Virus record (IMG/VR): IMGVR_UViG_3300043395_004688
Source: a virus
Taxonomy: Duplodnaviria > Caudoviricetes
Reading direction: 5' to 3' (one strand)
Length of the DNA stretch: 64,000 nt
The notes under the pieces are model-generated. The model did not search any database, was not told where the DNA came from, and saw only the letters and a program-made list of their open reading frames with translations. A program made the translations under genes and the position numbers. Below are positions 1 through 10,620 of this stretch, piece by piece. Position 1 is the first letter of the stretch, and each line of letters begins with the position of its first letter.

Positions 1-1239
1 AGTATATGCTGTACCATTCACTGCACTGGCATCAAAGCTTACTACCCAATTTGAACCATTGTATTCAATGATGTCATTGGCCTCTGCAACCACAGTACCC
101 CAGAATCCGTTTTGTGGAACGCTGTCAATTATCAAATATCTCTGCCCACTGGCAACTGGCGGAATAGTGCCATCGCCGGGCTTTCCTCGAGTAGGATCAA
201 TAACACCGTTGATCATGCCAATAGTATTGGTTGGTAAAGTGGAATTGTCCATTTCGTAACTTAGTATATTGGGATTTCCACCGACCTGACTTACTTTAAG
301 AATAACCTCTTGCGGATCATCAATGCTGCCCAGTTTAAGTCTAATTTCAGTGATACCATCATTGATACCGCCATAGTTGTCAAAGTGCAATTTCCAACTT
401 AAATTCTCACCAGTCTCTGGATCAACAATAGTGTTGTCTTTGTTTAACAACTGTACATACTCACCGGTAACACGAATGTGCCTGTCTTTGAATGTAATCC
501 ATTGACGACTTTGAAAATTGCTGTTGATGATAATGTCGTCGATAAAGCCAAAGTCAGCACCAACATTGTTTAGAATACTGTGAATGAGAACTTGTCTCTT
601 GACCTTTGCGGGAGGTGTAAGGAAGATAGGCAACTGAAAGATTAAACTAGCAACATCAATGATGTCGTCGGTGCCTTGAGGGATTGCCCTGGCCGTCCAT
701 GTGATGTTAATTAACTCAACCACTGCCAAGCTAGTCCAGTCGTAAGGATTTTGGCTGCTTTGCAAGTTAACGCTGGGATTAAACAGCAACAAGATTTGTT
801 CAAGCAGTTGAAGTTTTTGTTCCGTATTACTAGTCCATATGTCAACATTGATTGTTAAGTCATACGGAATAGGAGAATGTCTATCAAGCGAATATGTCTC
901 GCCAACCTTATCTTGGTAGGTACCAGTGGCGTCATCATAAAGCTTTTCGTATATCTGAACCGTTTCTTGATAAGTCGGAGTCATTCTTCTTTCAGCATTA
1001 GGCAACAGTTCAGCAATGTAACAACTAATAGCCGGCACGCTTAGAATAGTGTTTTCACTGTTTTTGCGTAGAATGTGCTGACTCATGCGAGTTGTATCAC
1101 CGTAACGCACTGGTACTTGATGATAATGGTCGGCACCAGTGCCGTCTTTGCCCATCTTTACAGAAAAGCCACTGAACAAGCGCATAAACTGTAAGAGCCA
1201 GCGTCTAATTTGTTGATCATAAAAATATTGTTGACTCAT
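1..1239 (-). CDS. gp15: Tail terminator / sheath stabiliser (T4 gp15-like), 3' end runs off the window
   Basis: Not in the ORF track. Manual translation from ATG at 1239 (TAATG overlap with the upstream stop) gives MSQQYFYDQQIRRWLLQFMRLFSGF...VPVRYGD...PIPYDLTINVDIWTSNTEQKLQLLEQILLLFNPS, the gp15 pattern; adjacent to gp14/gp13-like genes. Confidence 0.8.
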   Translation of the reverse strand, partial: MSQQYFYDQQIRRWLLQFMRLFSGFSVKMGKDGTGADHYHQVPVRYGDTTRMSQHILRKNSENTILSVPAISCYIAELLPNAERRMTPTYQETVQIYEKLYDDATGTYQDKVGETYSLDRHSPIPYDLTINVDIWTSNTEQKLQLLEQILLLFNPSVNLQSSQNPYDWTSLAVVELINITWTARAIPQGTDDIIDVASLIFQLPIFLTPPAKVKRQVLIHSILNNVGADFGFIDDIIINSNFQSRQWITFKDRHIRVTGEYVQLLNKDNTIVDPETGENLSWKLHFDNYGGINDGITEIRLKLGSIDDPQEVILKVSQVGGNPNILSYEMDNSTLPTNTIGMINGVIDPTRGKPGDGTIPPVASGQRYLIIDSVPQNGFWGTVVAEANDIIEYNGSNWVVSFDASAVNGTAYT

Positions 1240-2357
1240 TAGTTGTCTGCCTTGGGTTTTGGTTTAGTAAATACTTGACTCAATGGTTGACTGCTTGGTA
1301 CTGAAGATATATCTGTTCCAAATCCGTTGGCAGTTGTGCCGGCCGGATTTTGAATAAAGCTACCAGCATTAACAGTATTAGCTCGCCAGTCGGTAATTTC
1401 AACATCAAGAACTCTGTGCCATCTTGATCCTCGATAAGCAAACAGTCGATTAGGAGTAAAGTCAACACGAATAAACAAATCACCTTGATTGGGTTGACTA
1501 GGAAATGTTAACCCAGTTGGCACATCAGTGGTATCGCCGCGAGCTGCTGCCAATTCTCTAGTCATTACAGTATTGTCACTAATACCACCTGTTCGCATCA
1601 CATTGATAGCAGGAGTGTAAGTGGGCTCGTCGGGAGAATTGTTTGGATATCCTGCAGGATATCCTACACCTGGCGTAAACGACTCTGCACTTGCAAGTAT
1701 GGCTTTGTCAATTTTAATTTCAGTTTGATAAGTGCTTAGAGCATTCTTTAAGCTATCAGCATCCTCAGGATCGCCTAGTATGCTACGATACTCTTGTGCA
1801 TCATTAATTGGTGATACCTTAACACGCCACAAGTGTGGCCACCATGTTGGGCCAAAACCTTCTGCGGCGCGGCTTGCATCTTGCACAGCATAAAATTTGT
1901 TAATGCTTTTTGCAGTAGCATCTAGCAATAAGTCGTCGTTTAGGTGAGGAACTTCAACAACATCCCCTGCCATAAGTTTACGGCCCAAACGCTCTACCAT
2001 TTCATTGGTATGAAAGGTAATAAACAAAGTATCAGCATTTAAAAACAAACCAAATTGGCTTAGATCAAAATCCTGATCAGTTACATTGTAGGTGCCGCGC
2101 AATTCGTAAATAGTTGTGTCGTATACGCGGTCACGATTTTCCATAAACAACAGGTCCTGCATGTCTAGCTCGCTAATTTGGTCCTGCTCAGATAATTTTG
2201 GTCTTGCAGGATCACTACCATCTTCTGTAGCGGCAGGCCCAAGATACTTATGGATCAAAAAGGAAGTTCCGCCCGCACCAACGGCTTCACGGATCACACG
2301 ATCCTGATAAAAATAGTCTTTGGTTTTAGCGTTTTTCCACAGTGATAATTTTGGCAT
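1239..2357 (-). CDS. gp14: Neck protein (T4 gp14-like head closure)
   Basis: QDLLFMENRDRVYD and FGLFL..DTLFITFH..M...LGRKLMAGDVVEVPHL motifs; position between gp15 and gp13 homologues. Confidence 0.7.
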   Translation of the reverse strand: MPKLSLWKNAKTKDYFYQDRVIREAVGAGGTSFLIHKYLGPAATEDGSDPARPKLSEQDQISELDMQDLLFMENRDRVYDTTIYELRGTYNVTDQDFDLSQFGLFLNADTLFITFHTNEMVERLGRKLMAGDVVEVPHLNDDLLLDATAKSINKFYAVQDASRAAEGFGPTWWPHLWRVKVSPINDAQEYRSILGDPEDADSLKNALSTYQTEIKIDKAILASAESFTPGVGYPAGYPNNSPDEPTYTPAINVMRTGGISDNTVMTRELAAARGDTTDVPTGLTFPSQPNQGDLFIRVDFTPNRLFAYRGSRWHRVLDVEITDWRANTVNAGSFIQNPAGTTANGFGTDISSVPSSQPLSQVFTKPKPKADN

Positions 2358-2393
2358 ATTTGATCCTCAAGCTTATTTACCGTATCCTTTTGC

Positions 2394-2422
2394 TTGACAG
2401 CAAGTGTGAGAGAAGCTATAAT
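2394..2422 (+). promoter_or_regulatory. Consensus sigma70 promoter
   Basis: TTGACA (2394-2399), 17 nt, TATAAT (2417-2422); AGGAG RBS before ATG 2457. Confidence 0.85.
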
Positions 2423-2456
2423 AGTCATATTGGATACATACTCTTAGGAGAGAACC

Positions 2457-3707
2457 ATGGCACTAGCAACTAAATCCGCACCTGTTAAGAGGGCCAAAAA
2501 GCCCATTGCCCGCAGTACTAGAACTGCGCCTGCTACCAAATACATGGCAGACGGCAAAACCAAGCTTCGGGCAATTAAAAGCATTGATGTAAAATACCTA
2601 GGAGATGAACCTTCTTGGGAGAACCAAGAGTCTTGGACTACAGAAGAGCTGAACTCGCGCTTGGGGCGAGCATTCAACTGGTACAATTACAATTGTGATG
2701 GCAAAGATGCTCGTGAGTTCTTTGAGGATTGGTGCGCTATAACCCCGGGCTATGAGGAGTATCCAAAAAAGTTTAAACCATTGGCAGATTGGCACCTTGG
2801 CTCTACACTGGGCTTCCGTTGCAGGATGTTTATGGCCGGACTTAAGGTAAAAGATCCGGAAAAAGACCTGGCATTTATTAATAAACGCATTGCAGAGTGC
2901 GAAGAAATGCTGACAAAGCAAAAGCCTGCAAAAGCAGAGCCGTCGGCTACTGAAGTAGAAACAAAGAAAGAAACCATTCAGGACCGCCTGCGTGAAAAGT
3001 TTAGTGAAGTAGTAGGCGAAATTGAAGGAGCCATTGACGAATACTTTGACAGCAAGAAGGAGTTTGACACTTACAAATTCTTGCAAGCGTCGGGCCTACC
3101 GGCACAATTTGCCGCAAAGATTCCAGAAATATATCAGCGTCATATTGCTGAACTGGAAGAATACCTCGAAGGTAAGTGCCCGCAATTGCTTGAAGGTTAC
3201 AAGCACCTTGGCAAGCGAGGTGCCAAGGATGCAATCAAATTTTACCAAAGCATCATTGACGGAGCCAATGCATACAAGACTGCAAAAATTGCAACCCGTG
3301 CCAAGCCTAAGCGCAAGCCAGTGTCACCTGAAAAGCTGGTTAGAAATCTAAAGTATCTCAAAGAGTTCCCTGAGCTCAAGCTTAACAGTATTGATCCGCG
3401 AGACATTATTGGCTGCACTGAGCTCTGGGTCTATAACACTAAGACTCGCAAGCTAGGCAGATTCCATGCCAATACACATGGTGATATGGTAATCACTAGC
3501 TTGGGCGTTAAAGGTAGTGCTATTACTGGCTTTAGCGAAACGCTGAGTGTTTGCAAAACTCTACGCAAGCCACAGGAAGTACTAGATAGGTTTAAAGTGT
3601 CCGGAAAGCCACAACTACGCAAGTTTATGGACCCTATCAAGAGCGTAGAAACCAAGCTAAAAGCCCGCATTAGTCCAGAAACTATCTTGCTCCGCGTTAT
3701 CAAGTAA
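2457..3707 (+). CDS. Hypothetical protein (basic, early-promoter driven)
   Basis: 416-aa ORF with RBS and a perfect sigma70 promoter; no motif recognised. Confidence 0.8.
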   Translation: MALATKSAPVKRAKKPIARSTRTAPATKYMADGKTKLRAIKSIDVKYLGDEPSWENQESWTTEELNSRLGRAFNWYNYNCDGKDAREFFEDWCAITPGYEEYPKKFKPLADWHLGSTLGFRCRMFMAGLKVKDPEKDLAFINKRIAECEEMLTKQKPAKAEPSATEVETKKETIQDRLREKFSEVVGEIEGAIDEYFDSKKEFDTYKFLQASGLPAQFAAKIPEIYQRHIAELEEYLEGKCPQLLEGYKHLGKRGAKDAIKFYQSIIDGANAYKTAKIATRAKPKRKPVSPEKLVRNLKYLKEFPELKLNSIDPRDIIGCTELWVYNTKTRKLGRFHANTHGDMVITSLGVKGSAITGFSETLSVCKTLRKPQEVLDRFKVSGKPQLRKFMDPIKSVETKLKARISPETILLRVIK

Positions 3708-3750
3708 GTTTTGCCAAGGTGTCTCCGGTAAATACTATCGGAGACACCAC

Positions 3751-4506
3751 ATGGCAGATACTACTCAAAGAAACAAAGCTCAAAAGTTCATTGAACTAAG
3801 CCTCGGCGGAGGCATGGTAGATGTTGAACTTGATAAAGAGCACTATGATATGGCTATTGATAAAGCCGTGTCTAAATACCGCCAGCGCAGTAGTCGCGCA
3901 GTTGAAGAAAGTTTTATGGTTCTAACTCTAGAGCCTGAAGTCAATGAATATGTGCTTCCTGACGAAGTAATTGAAGTCAGAAATGTCTATAGACAAAACA
4001 GCGGTGGCGTGAGCTCAGGTGGGTCTGGTGCCACTGGTTTTGATCCTTTTGAAGCTGGCTATTTGAACATGTATTTGTTGAGCTATGCTAAAGCAGGACG
4101 AGCAACAACATTTGAATTATACATGGGACATCGAGAACTTTTGGCCACAATGTTTGGTGCCTATGTAACTTATAATTTTTCAAATACTTCAAAAAGATTG
4201 TCGTTGCACAGACGATTTAATTCTGAAGAGCAAATAATTATTCACACCTACAATTATAGACCTGATGAAGAGTTGTTAGCAGACACCAGCTCTGCGCCAT
4301 GGATCAAAGACTATGCACTAGCACACGCTAAAATGATGCTAGGACAAGCTCGAAGCAAGTTTGCTCAACTAGCGGGTCCTCAGGGTGGTGTACAGCTCAA
4401 TGGAGCCGACTTGATCACACAAGCACAGGCCGAATTAGAAAAGCTTGAAGAAGATCTTAAGACTTACGCCGAAGGCGGAACACCTCTAGGCTTTATATTT
4501 GGATAA
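3751..4506 (+). CDS. gp13: Neck protein (T4 gp13-like adaptor)
   Basis: LGGGMVDVELDKEHY...WIKDYALAHAKMMLGQARSKFAQLAGPQGGVQLNG...FIFG, a gp13 signature. Confidence 0.85.
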   Translation: MADTTQRNKAQKFIELSLGGGMVDVELDKEHYDMAIDKAVSKYRQRSSRAVEESFMVLTLEPEVNEYVLPDEVIEVRNVYRQNSGGVSSGGSGATGFDPFEAGYLNMYLLSYAKAGRATTFELYMGHRELLATMFGAYVTYNFSNTSKRLSLHRRFNSEEQIIIHTYNYRPDEELLADTSSAPWIKDYALAHAKMMLGQARSKFAQLAGPQGGVQLNGADLITQAQAELEKLEEDLKTYAEGGTPLGFIFG

Positions 4507-4549
4507 TTGGTAACTTGACATTATGTTGGCTTTTTTGCTAATATAGTGC

Positions 4550-5173
4550 ATGACAAAACAAATTATTGGCGTATGCGGTTTTATTGGATCTGGCAAAGAT
4601 ACAGCCGCAGATTATCTTGTAAACTTTCACGAGTTCCGACGCGATTCGTTTGCATCCACTCTTAAAGATGCTGTAGCCGCAGTATTTGGTTGGGACAGAG
4701 AACTCCTGGAAGGGCGAACCAAAGAAGCCCGATCATGGCGAGAGCAAGTAGATCCGTGGTGGGCTAAAAAGCTTGACATGCCAGAACTGACTCCTCGTTG
4801 GGTCCTACAATACTGGGGCACAGAAGTATGTCGCAAAGGCTTTCATGATGACATCTGGATTGCCAGCTTAGAAGCTCGATTGCGTAGCAGCAAAGACAAC
4901 ATTGTTATCAGTGACTGTCGGTTTCCAAATGAAATCAAAGCCATCAAAGAAGCAGGTGGGCAGGTGATTTGGGTACAGCGAGGTCAACTACCTAGTTGGC
5001 ATATTATGGCAGCTAATGCCAACAAGGGTGATGCAGTTGCAGCCGCTAAGTTAAAACAGCTGGGTATCCATGCCAGCGAAACAGCCTGGGTTGGCACAAA
5101 GTTTGATCATGTGATTGATAACAATGGCAGCATTGATCAGCTATATTTGCAGTTGAAAACGGTTGTCCAGTAA
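4550..5173 (+). CDS. Deoxynucleoside monophosphate kinase (T4 gp1-like)
   Basis: IIGVCGFIGSGKDT P-loop, SFASTLKD, TPRWVLQYWGTE, VISDCRFPNE motifs. Confidence 0.9.
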   Translation: MTKQIIGVCGFIGSGKDTAADYLVNFHEFRRDSFASTLKDAVAAVFGWDRELLEGRTKEARSWREQVDPWWAKKLDMPELTPRWVLQYWGTEVCRKGFHDDIWIASLEARLRSSKDNIVISDCRFPNEIKAIKEAGGQVIWVQRGQLPSWHIMAANANKGDAVAAAKLKQLGIHASETAWVGTKFDHVIDNNGSIDQLYLQLKTVVQ

Positions 5174-5281
5174 AAAGCAAATCTAACATATTTCAATAAA
5201 TAGGTCCTCTTTTACCGTAATCTGCTAAATATCTTCAAGAAGGGTACGAAAATCCCTTAGAATGAATACGGAGATATTTAT

Positions 5282-7663
5282 ATGGCTCAGCTAGTTTCCC
5301 CAGGCGTAAGTGTTAGCATTATTGATGAAAGTGCTTATGCATCAGCTGGTAACGGAACGGTTCCTGTTATTGTGTTGGCCACCCGAGCCAACAAAACAGC
5401 ACCTGACGGTTCTACAGCACTTTATACAACAGCACCTTACATTAAAAAGCCGCTACTGCTTACAAGTCAAAGAGAATTGGCGCAGTTATACGGCGAACCA
5501 GAATTTACCATTGTTGATGGTACACCAATTCACGGTCACGAACTAAACGAATACGGTTTGTTGGCAGCATATTACTACCTAGGTATTGCCAATCGCGCAA
5601 TCCTAGTTCGCGCAGATTTAAAGATGGAAGAATTGGAGCCAAGCGAAACTGCTCCAGCAGGTCCTCCTACCAACAACCAATACTGGGTAGAAAGCGATGT
5701 AACATCATGGGGTATTTTTGAATACTCAGGAACTGCTTGGGTATCCAAAGCAGTTACAGTATCCAATGGTGTACCGGGTGTCAGCACCGGCAGCAACGGT
5801 CAATATGCCGTAGATGTTTCAAATGCCTTGTTTGAGTTTTACAAGAAAGTCAGCGGAGTATGGAAAAAAGTTACTTCAAGTGACCTTTCTCAAACTGTCA
5901 ATGTTGGTCCACACTACAATGTTCCAACTGGTTCTGTAGCCGGTGATGTGTGGTTTAAGACAACAACTCCTAATGCAGGTTTTAACCTTAAGCTGAAGAA
6001 GTACAATGCAACATCTGAAAGCTGGACTGTACAAGCAATTGGACCAGGCAAGATTGACATGTTGGTTGCATATGAAGATAATGCCACTGCATCAGCTGCG
6101 TTTGGTGCAGGTTTAAGCACTAACGACATTTATGTTCAAACAGCAGATCCAAATGCCGCAGCTTTTACAATCAAGCGTTATACAGGCAGTACTTGGATTA
6201 GCTTGGAACCTAGTGTTTCTGCCACTGCTCCAACTGGTGCAATTCCTGATGGCAAACTATGGTACGATGCCGGTGATACTGTTGACATGTACATCAAAGA
6301 TACTGTTGGTGGAGTACCAACTTGGAAGCCTGTTTCCAGCGTAACAGTAAACACTGAAGAACCAGGTACACCAAGCCAAGGAGATGTTTGGATTGATACC
6401 AATGACATGGCAAACTATCCTGTTATTAAATTTTATGATGGTTCAGATTGGGTAACACGCGACAACGCAGACCAAACAACCGAAAACGGATGCTTGTTCG
6501 TTGACCTAACTGCCACAGCAGGTGACACCAGCGGTGTTGCAGGTGGTGCAACACCAATGGACGATGAAACACCAAATCCTGCTTATTATCCAGACGACAT
6601 GCTGTTATGGAATCATGCAGTAAGCTCAGGTAATGTCAAGCGTTGGAATGCCACAGAAGAGTTCTGGCAAACAGAATCTGGTAACATTGATTCAGGACCA
6701 AAAGCTGGTTCACCTTACATGTTTGAAAAGGCTCAGCGTCGTGTAGTTGTCAAGCGTCTACAGGAAGCATTGGCTGATAACGAAGAACTTCGTGCAGAAA
6801 CACTAACATTCAACATCATTGCCACACCTGGCTATGTTGAGTGCTTGGACGAAATGATTACATTGAATGTGGATCGTAAGGAAACTGCATTTGTAATCGC
6901 TGACACACCAATGAAGCTTTCAAGCAGAATGAGCGATGTTACAACATGGGCAAATGGTACCAACGCTGGTACTAACGGAGCAGATGGACTGGTAACACGC
7001 AACGGCGGAGCAGCAATTTACTACCCAAGCTGCTTGTCAACTGACTTATCAGGTAACGATGTAGCTGTACCAGCAAGCCATGCAGTATTGCGCGGTATTG
7101 CTTACAATGACTTGGTTAGCTATCCATGGTTTGCACCAGCTGGTCTAACACGCGGTGCTCTAAGCGGTATCAGCAACCTAGGCCTAGTAAATTCAGAAAA
7201 TGAGTTTATGCCAGTCGCGCTAAACCAAGGGCAGAGAGATACTCTGTACTTGAAGAAGATCAACCCAATGGTCAACTTCCCAGGACAAGGTCTGTACATT
7301 TGGGGTCAAAAGACTCTGTATCCAGCAGACTCTGCACTTGATCGTGTAAACGTTGGACGACTATTGGCTTACTTGCGCGAAAGATTTGATGTTATTGCTC
7401 GTCCGTTCATCTTTGAACCAAACGACAAGCGCACAAGAGATCGCGTAGTAGCAGTATTCAACGGCTTTATGGAAGACTTGTTTGTTAAGAGAGCCGTATA
7501 CGACTTCTTGGTAGTATGTGATGAAACAAACAACACACCAGCAAGAATTGATAGAAACGAACTGTACATTGATGTGGCAATTGAGCCAGTTAAAGCCGCA
7601 GAATTCATCTACATTCCTGTTAGAGTGGTTAACACTGGCGCGATTGCCGGTGGTACACGCTAA
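5282..7663 (+). CDS. gp18: Tail sheath protein
   Basis: N-terminal LVSPGVSVSIIDES; C-terminal WFAPAGLTRG, INPMVNFPGQG..IWGQKT, LDRVNVGRLL, FEPND..TR, DIAIEPVKAAEFIYI pattern. Confidence 0.95.
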   Translation: MAQLVSPGVSVSIIDESAYASAGNGTVPVIVLATRANKTAPDGSTALYTTAPYIKKPLLLTSQRELAQLYGEPEFTIVDGTPIHGHELNEYGLLAAYYYLGIANRAILVRADLKMEELEPSETAPAGPPTNNQYWVESDVTSWGIFEYSGTAWVSKAVTVSNGVPGVSTGSNGQYAVDVSNALFEFYKKVSGVWKKVTSSDLSQTVNVGPHYNVPTGSVAGDVWFKTTTPNAGFNLKLKKYNATSESWTVQAIGPGKIDMLVAYEDNATASAAFGAGLSTNDIYVQTADPNAAAFTIKRYTGSTWISLEPSVSATAPTGAIPDGKLWYDAGDTVDMYIKDTVGGVPTWKPVSSVTVNTEEPGTPSQGDVWIDTNDMANYPVIKFYDGSDWVTRDNADQTTENGCLFVDLTATAGDTSGVAGGATPMDDETPNPAYYPDDMLLWNHAVSSGNVKRWNATEEFWQTESGNIDSGPKAGSPYMFEKAQRRVVVKRLQEALADNEELRAETLTFNIIATPGYVECLDEMITLNVDRKETAFVIADTPMKLSSRMSDVTTWANGTNAGTNGADGLVTRNGGAAIYYPSCLSTDLSGNDVAVPASHAVLRGIAYNDLVSYPWFAPAGLTRGALSGISNLGLVNSENEFMPVALNQGQRDTLYLKKINPMVNFPGQGLYIWGQKTLYPADSALDRVNVGRLLAYLRERFDVIARPFIFEPNDKRTRDRVVAVFNGFMEDLFVKRAVYDFLVVCDETNNTPARIDRNELYIDVAIEPVKAAEFIYIPVRVVNTGAIAGGTR

Positions 7664-7685
7664 ATAGCACTGAGGAGAATTCAAA

Positions 7686-8300
7686 ATGGCAGTCAATTTA
7701 GACAAATTTAATGTACCAGGCGGAGCCGACGGTGTTTTGGTTCAACCAAAGCTTTCTTATAGATTTAGAGTTACTCTGATAAGCTTTGGTTCCAACGCAG
7801 AAACTCAGCAGCTAACAAGCCAAGTTGTAAGCGTTAGCAGACCCAGTCTCACACACGACGATGTGGTTGTTGATGTTTACAACTCAAGAATCTTCTTGGC
7901 CGGTAAGCACACCTGGGATCCTATTACGCTAACAGTTCGTGATGATGTAACAGGTGGTGTTGCCAGGGCTATTGCAAGTCAAATTCAAAAGCAAGTTGAT
8001 CACGCTGATCAGGCCAGTGCTAAATCAGGTAGCGGTTACAAGTTTGAAGTGAAAATTGAAAACTTAGACGGTTCAAATCCTGCCACCGGCGAGGGCGTAC
8101 TTGATGTGTGGCACCTTGGTGGTTGTTATATTCAAAACGTAAACTACGGCGAAAATAACTATGCAACCAGCGATCCGTTACAGATTACAATCGCTATCAA
8201 GTATGATAATGCAAATCATTACCTAGGCGAAGAATCTGAAGCATTACTAGAAGGCGGCGTAGGTACGCCATCTGATCCAGCTTCACAGTCTGGCGGTTAA
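7686..8300 (+). CDS. gp19: Tail tube protein
   Basis: QPKLSYRFRV, VSRPSLT, AGKHTWDPITLTVRDD, W.L.GC.I..V.YG...Y..SD...I...I.YDNA; follows the sheath gene. Confidence 0.88.
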   Translation: MAVNLDKFNVPGGADGVLVQPKLSYRFRVTLISFGSNAETQQLTSQVVSVSRPSLTHDDVVVDVYNSRIFLAGKHTWDPITLTVRDDVTGGVARAIASQIQKQVDHADQASAKSGSGYKFEVKIENLDGSNPATGEGVLDVWHLGGCYIQNVNYGENNYATSDPLQITIAIKYDNANHYLGEESEALLEGGVGTPSDPASQSGG

Positions 8301-8365
8301 TATAAACTGAAGCTTTAATAAAAGTGATAAGTAAGTGTAAGCAAACTGCTTGCCCTTACATAGAT

Positions 8366-8391
8366 GAAAAGGGCGAGAAATCGCCCTTTTC
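8366..8391 (+). terminator. Rho-independent terminator
   Basis: GAAAAGGGCGA-GAAA-TCGCCCTTTTC hairpin after the tube gene. Confidence 0.8.
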
Positions 8392-8410
8392 TATTGGAGC
8401 AAAATTGTAG

Positions 8411-9853
8411 ATGACTTATAGTAATACAGCAACTAAAAGAATAATGTCAGGCATTCAGTCTCACGGAAGTGGGATTGGACTGGGCGAAAACTTCCCTTAT
8501 TTAAAATATGCATGGGAACTTTATGTTCGAGATACCGACGGCAAAGGAAACCTATTAATAGGATTACCACCATTGGTTGCAAAAACAGTTGAACTTCCCC
8601 GTTGGAGCACCGACACACAATTGATAAATGTCTATAATCACAAAACAATTGTCCAGACAAAATTCAATTGGGAGCCAATTACTATTAGTTTTTATGATCA
8701 GATCAACAAGTCAGCTGAATGCTTGATTTGGCATTTTGTAAAAGCACAATTTGATGCGCCCGACGGTAGTAAAGCACCCAAGCACAAAGATCTTGACCTA
8801 GAAATCCGTATGAAAAATCTCAGCGGGCCTAGCGCACAAGATAAGGTATACAAGCTAAAAAAAGCCTACATTGTTGATGCTCAGCACGATACCTTAGACT
8901 ATTCTACCAGTGATGTTGTTCTTTGGACTGTTACTGTTAGATATGAAGAATTAGAAATAGATGACTGTGACTTTAAAGGACCAGCACCAGTGGCTGCAAC
9001 CGGCGTAGCTCGACAACCAAGACCCGCCCCGCAAAGAAGAGAAGATAGAAGAACAACCAGTTCAAACTTCACTCCTCAGACTCAGCAAAGAATACCACCA
9101 GATGCTAGAACAGAAACCGAACCTAATCGTTGGGTGGAAGCTGGTGGCCTAGAAACAGCAGGTGGCGCAGCCTACGGAAATCCAACATTGCTGCGTCAAG
9201 GCGAAAGAATTCGTAGAAACAGAGAAGAACAAGCACGACTAAGAAGAGAGCGCGAAGCACAAAACCCACCAGGTCCAAGCGTTGGCGAGCGCATTAGAAA
9301 TTTCTTTAGTTGGCCATCTCGCAATCAAACCAATGCACCCGGAGGAACAGGCTCCTCAATGGAAGCAGAAGGATTTAGCGTTCCACCAGGTGCAACAAGC
9401 AATCCCAGCACTGGACCAAATACTCCGGCAACAACAAATCGCCAACCACAAAGACCACTGACTTCCACACAGCGAACTGTCATAGAAAACGAACGCGAAA
9501 GTATGCGTAATGCAAACTTTAACCCAGCATGGAAAGAAGCTTATATAAGAAACCTTGAACAAAATCCTCCGGTTACTGATAGTGCTCAGTCTGCTGCCGC
9601 AGCAAGACGCATTGCTGAAGCTCGAGCGTCAGCCGAACATCCACGATATCCAAGTCAGGTCAGAGTAACAAGAACCGATGGATCAAGTGTTACTACTAAT
9701 CGAGAATCTGCACCTGCTCCTGTTCGCAATGGCAGCGAAGTTCAGCGCACACGACCTAACGATGTTCGAGGAAACGAAGCAGTTGAAAGACAGCAAAGAC
9801 TAGAGCAGCAAAATAGAAATAGATCAACACCGTCTACACCACCCGGTGGCTAA
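8411..9853 (+). CDS. Tube-fold protein (gp19/gp54/gp48-like N-terminus) with long low-complexity C-terminal tail
   Basis: First ~185 aa show tube-like motifs (KTVELPRW, KFNWEPITISFYD, AYIVDAQHDTLDYS..D...WTVTVRYE); the remainder is R/P/Q/T-rich. Confidence 0.6.
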   Translation: MTYSNTATKRIMSGIQSHGSGIGLGENFPYLKYAWELYVRDTDGKGNLLIGLPPLVAKTVELPRWSTDTQLINVYNHKTIVQTKFNWEPITISFYDQINKSAECLIWHFVKAQFDAPDGSKAPKHKDLDLEIRMKNLSGPSAQDKVYKLKKAYIVDAQHDTLDYSTSDVVLWTVTVRYEELEIDDCDFKGPAPVAATGVARQPRPAPQRREDRRTTSSNFTPQTQQRIPPDARTETEPNRWVEAGGLETAGGAAYGNPTLLRQGERIRRNREEQARLRREREAQNPPGPSVGERIRNFFSWPSRNQTNAPGGTGSSMEAEGFSVPPGATSNPSTGPNTPATTNRQPQRPLTSTQRTVIENERESMRNANFNPAWKEAYIRNLEQNPPVTDSAQSAAAARRIAEARASAEHPRYPSQVRVTRTDGSSVTTNRESAPAPVRNGSEVQRTRPNDVRGNEAVERQQRLEQQNRNRSTPSTPPGG

Positions 9854-9867
9854 CAAGGAAACATCAC

Positions 9868-10158
9868 ATGGCAGAATACAAGACAATATCGCAAGTTGAA
9901 TTTGATAAATCAACACAAAGAATTACTTCGCTGGGACTAAGCCGAGTATCTGCTGAAAACATAGTCTTATCTTTTTGGAAAATTTCTCAGGACCTAGATT
10001 TAGACTTTAAAAAATTTTTAGATGCTAGCATTGTTGATGGTCAGCTAGATGTTGACCAACGAGTACTAGATTATATTAACAAAACATTACCACCTACAAT
10101 TCGTTATAGAAAAGACACTCTTAGCAAAGCATCTAATCTTGTATTGCGTGAACTATAA
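9868..10158 (+). CDS. Hypothetical protein
   Basis: 96-aa ORF with RBS, coupled to the next gene. Confidence 0.7.
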   Translation: MAEYKTISQVEFDKSTQRITSLGLSRVSAENIVLSFWKISQDLDLDFKKFLDASIVDGQLDVDQRVLDYINKTLPPTIRYRKDTLSKASNLVLREL

Positions 10159-10607
10159 TGGCCAGAAGTTACTCGCAAGGGTTTTATACGCTAATCCATC
10201 CAGAAAAATATGTAGGATCTGGAACTCCAAAATATCGCAGTGGTTGGGAACTAACTTTTATGCGATTTTGTGATAACCATCCTAGTGTGATTAGCTGGGC
10301 CAGTGAAAATGTAAGAATACCTTACAAGAATCCTTTCACTGGCAGAGACACATTTTATGTTCCTGATTTTTTTGTAGTTTATCAAAACGGTGCTGGCCGC
10401 CAAGCCGAGCTCATTGAAATCAAGCCCAAAGGGCAAACAGTTATGGAACATGCTCGCAGTCAACAAGAAAAGGCTGCTGTGGCGCTTAACATGGTAAAAT
10501 GGCAAGCTGCACAGATATGGTGCAAGCGCATGGGTGCTAAATTTAGAGTATTAACAGAAGAAGATATCTACAATAATACTAATCCCACTAAGAAGCAGCG
10601 CAAATAG
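10158..10607 (+). CDS. gp4: Head completion nuclease (T4 gp4-like, TnsA-like fold)
   Basis: QG.Y...HPEKY.G...P.YRSGWE..FM.FCD.HP.V..WASE...IPY..P......YVPDF...IEIKP motif set. Confidence 0.88.
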   Translation: MARSYSQGFYTLIHPEKYVGSGTPKYRSGWELTFMRFCDNHPSVISWASENVRIPYKNPFTGRDTFYVPDFFVVYQNGAGRQAELIEIKPKGQTVMEHARSQQEKAAVALNMVKWQAAQIWCKRMGAKFRVLTEEDIYNNTNPTKKQRK

Positions 10608-10620
10608 TCATAAGTAGTTC

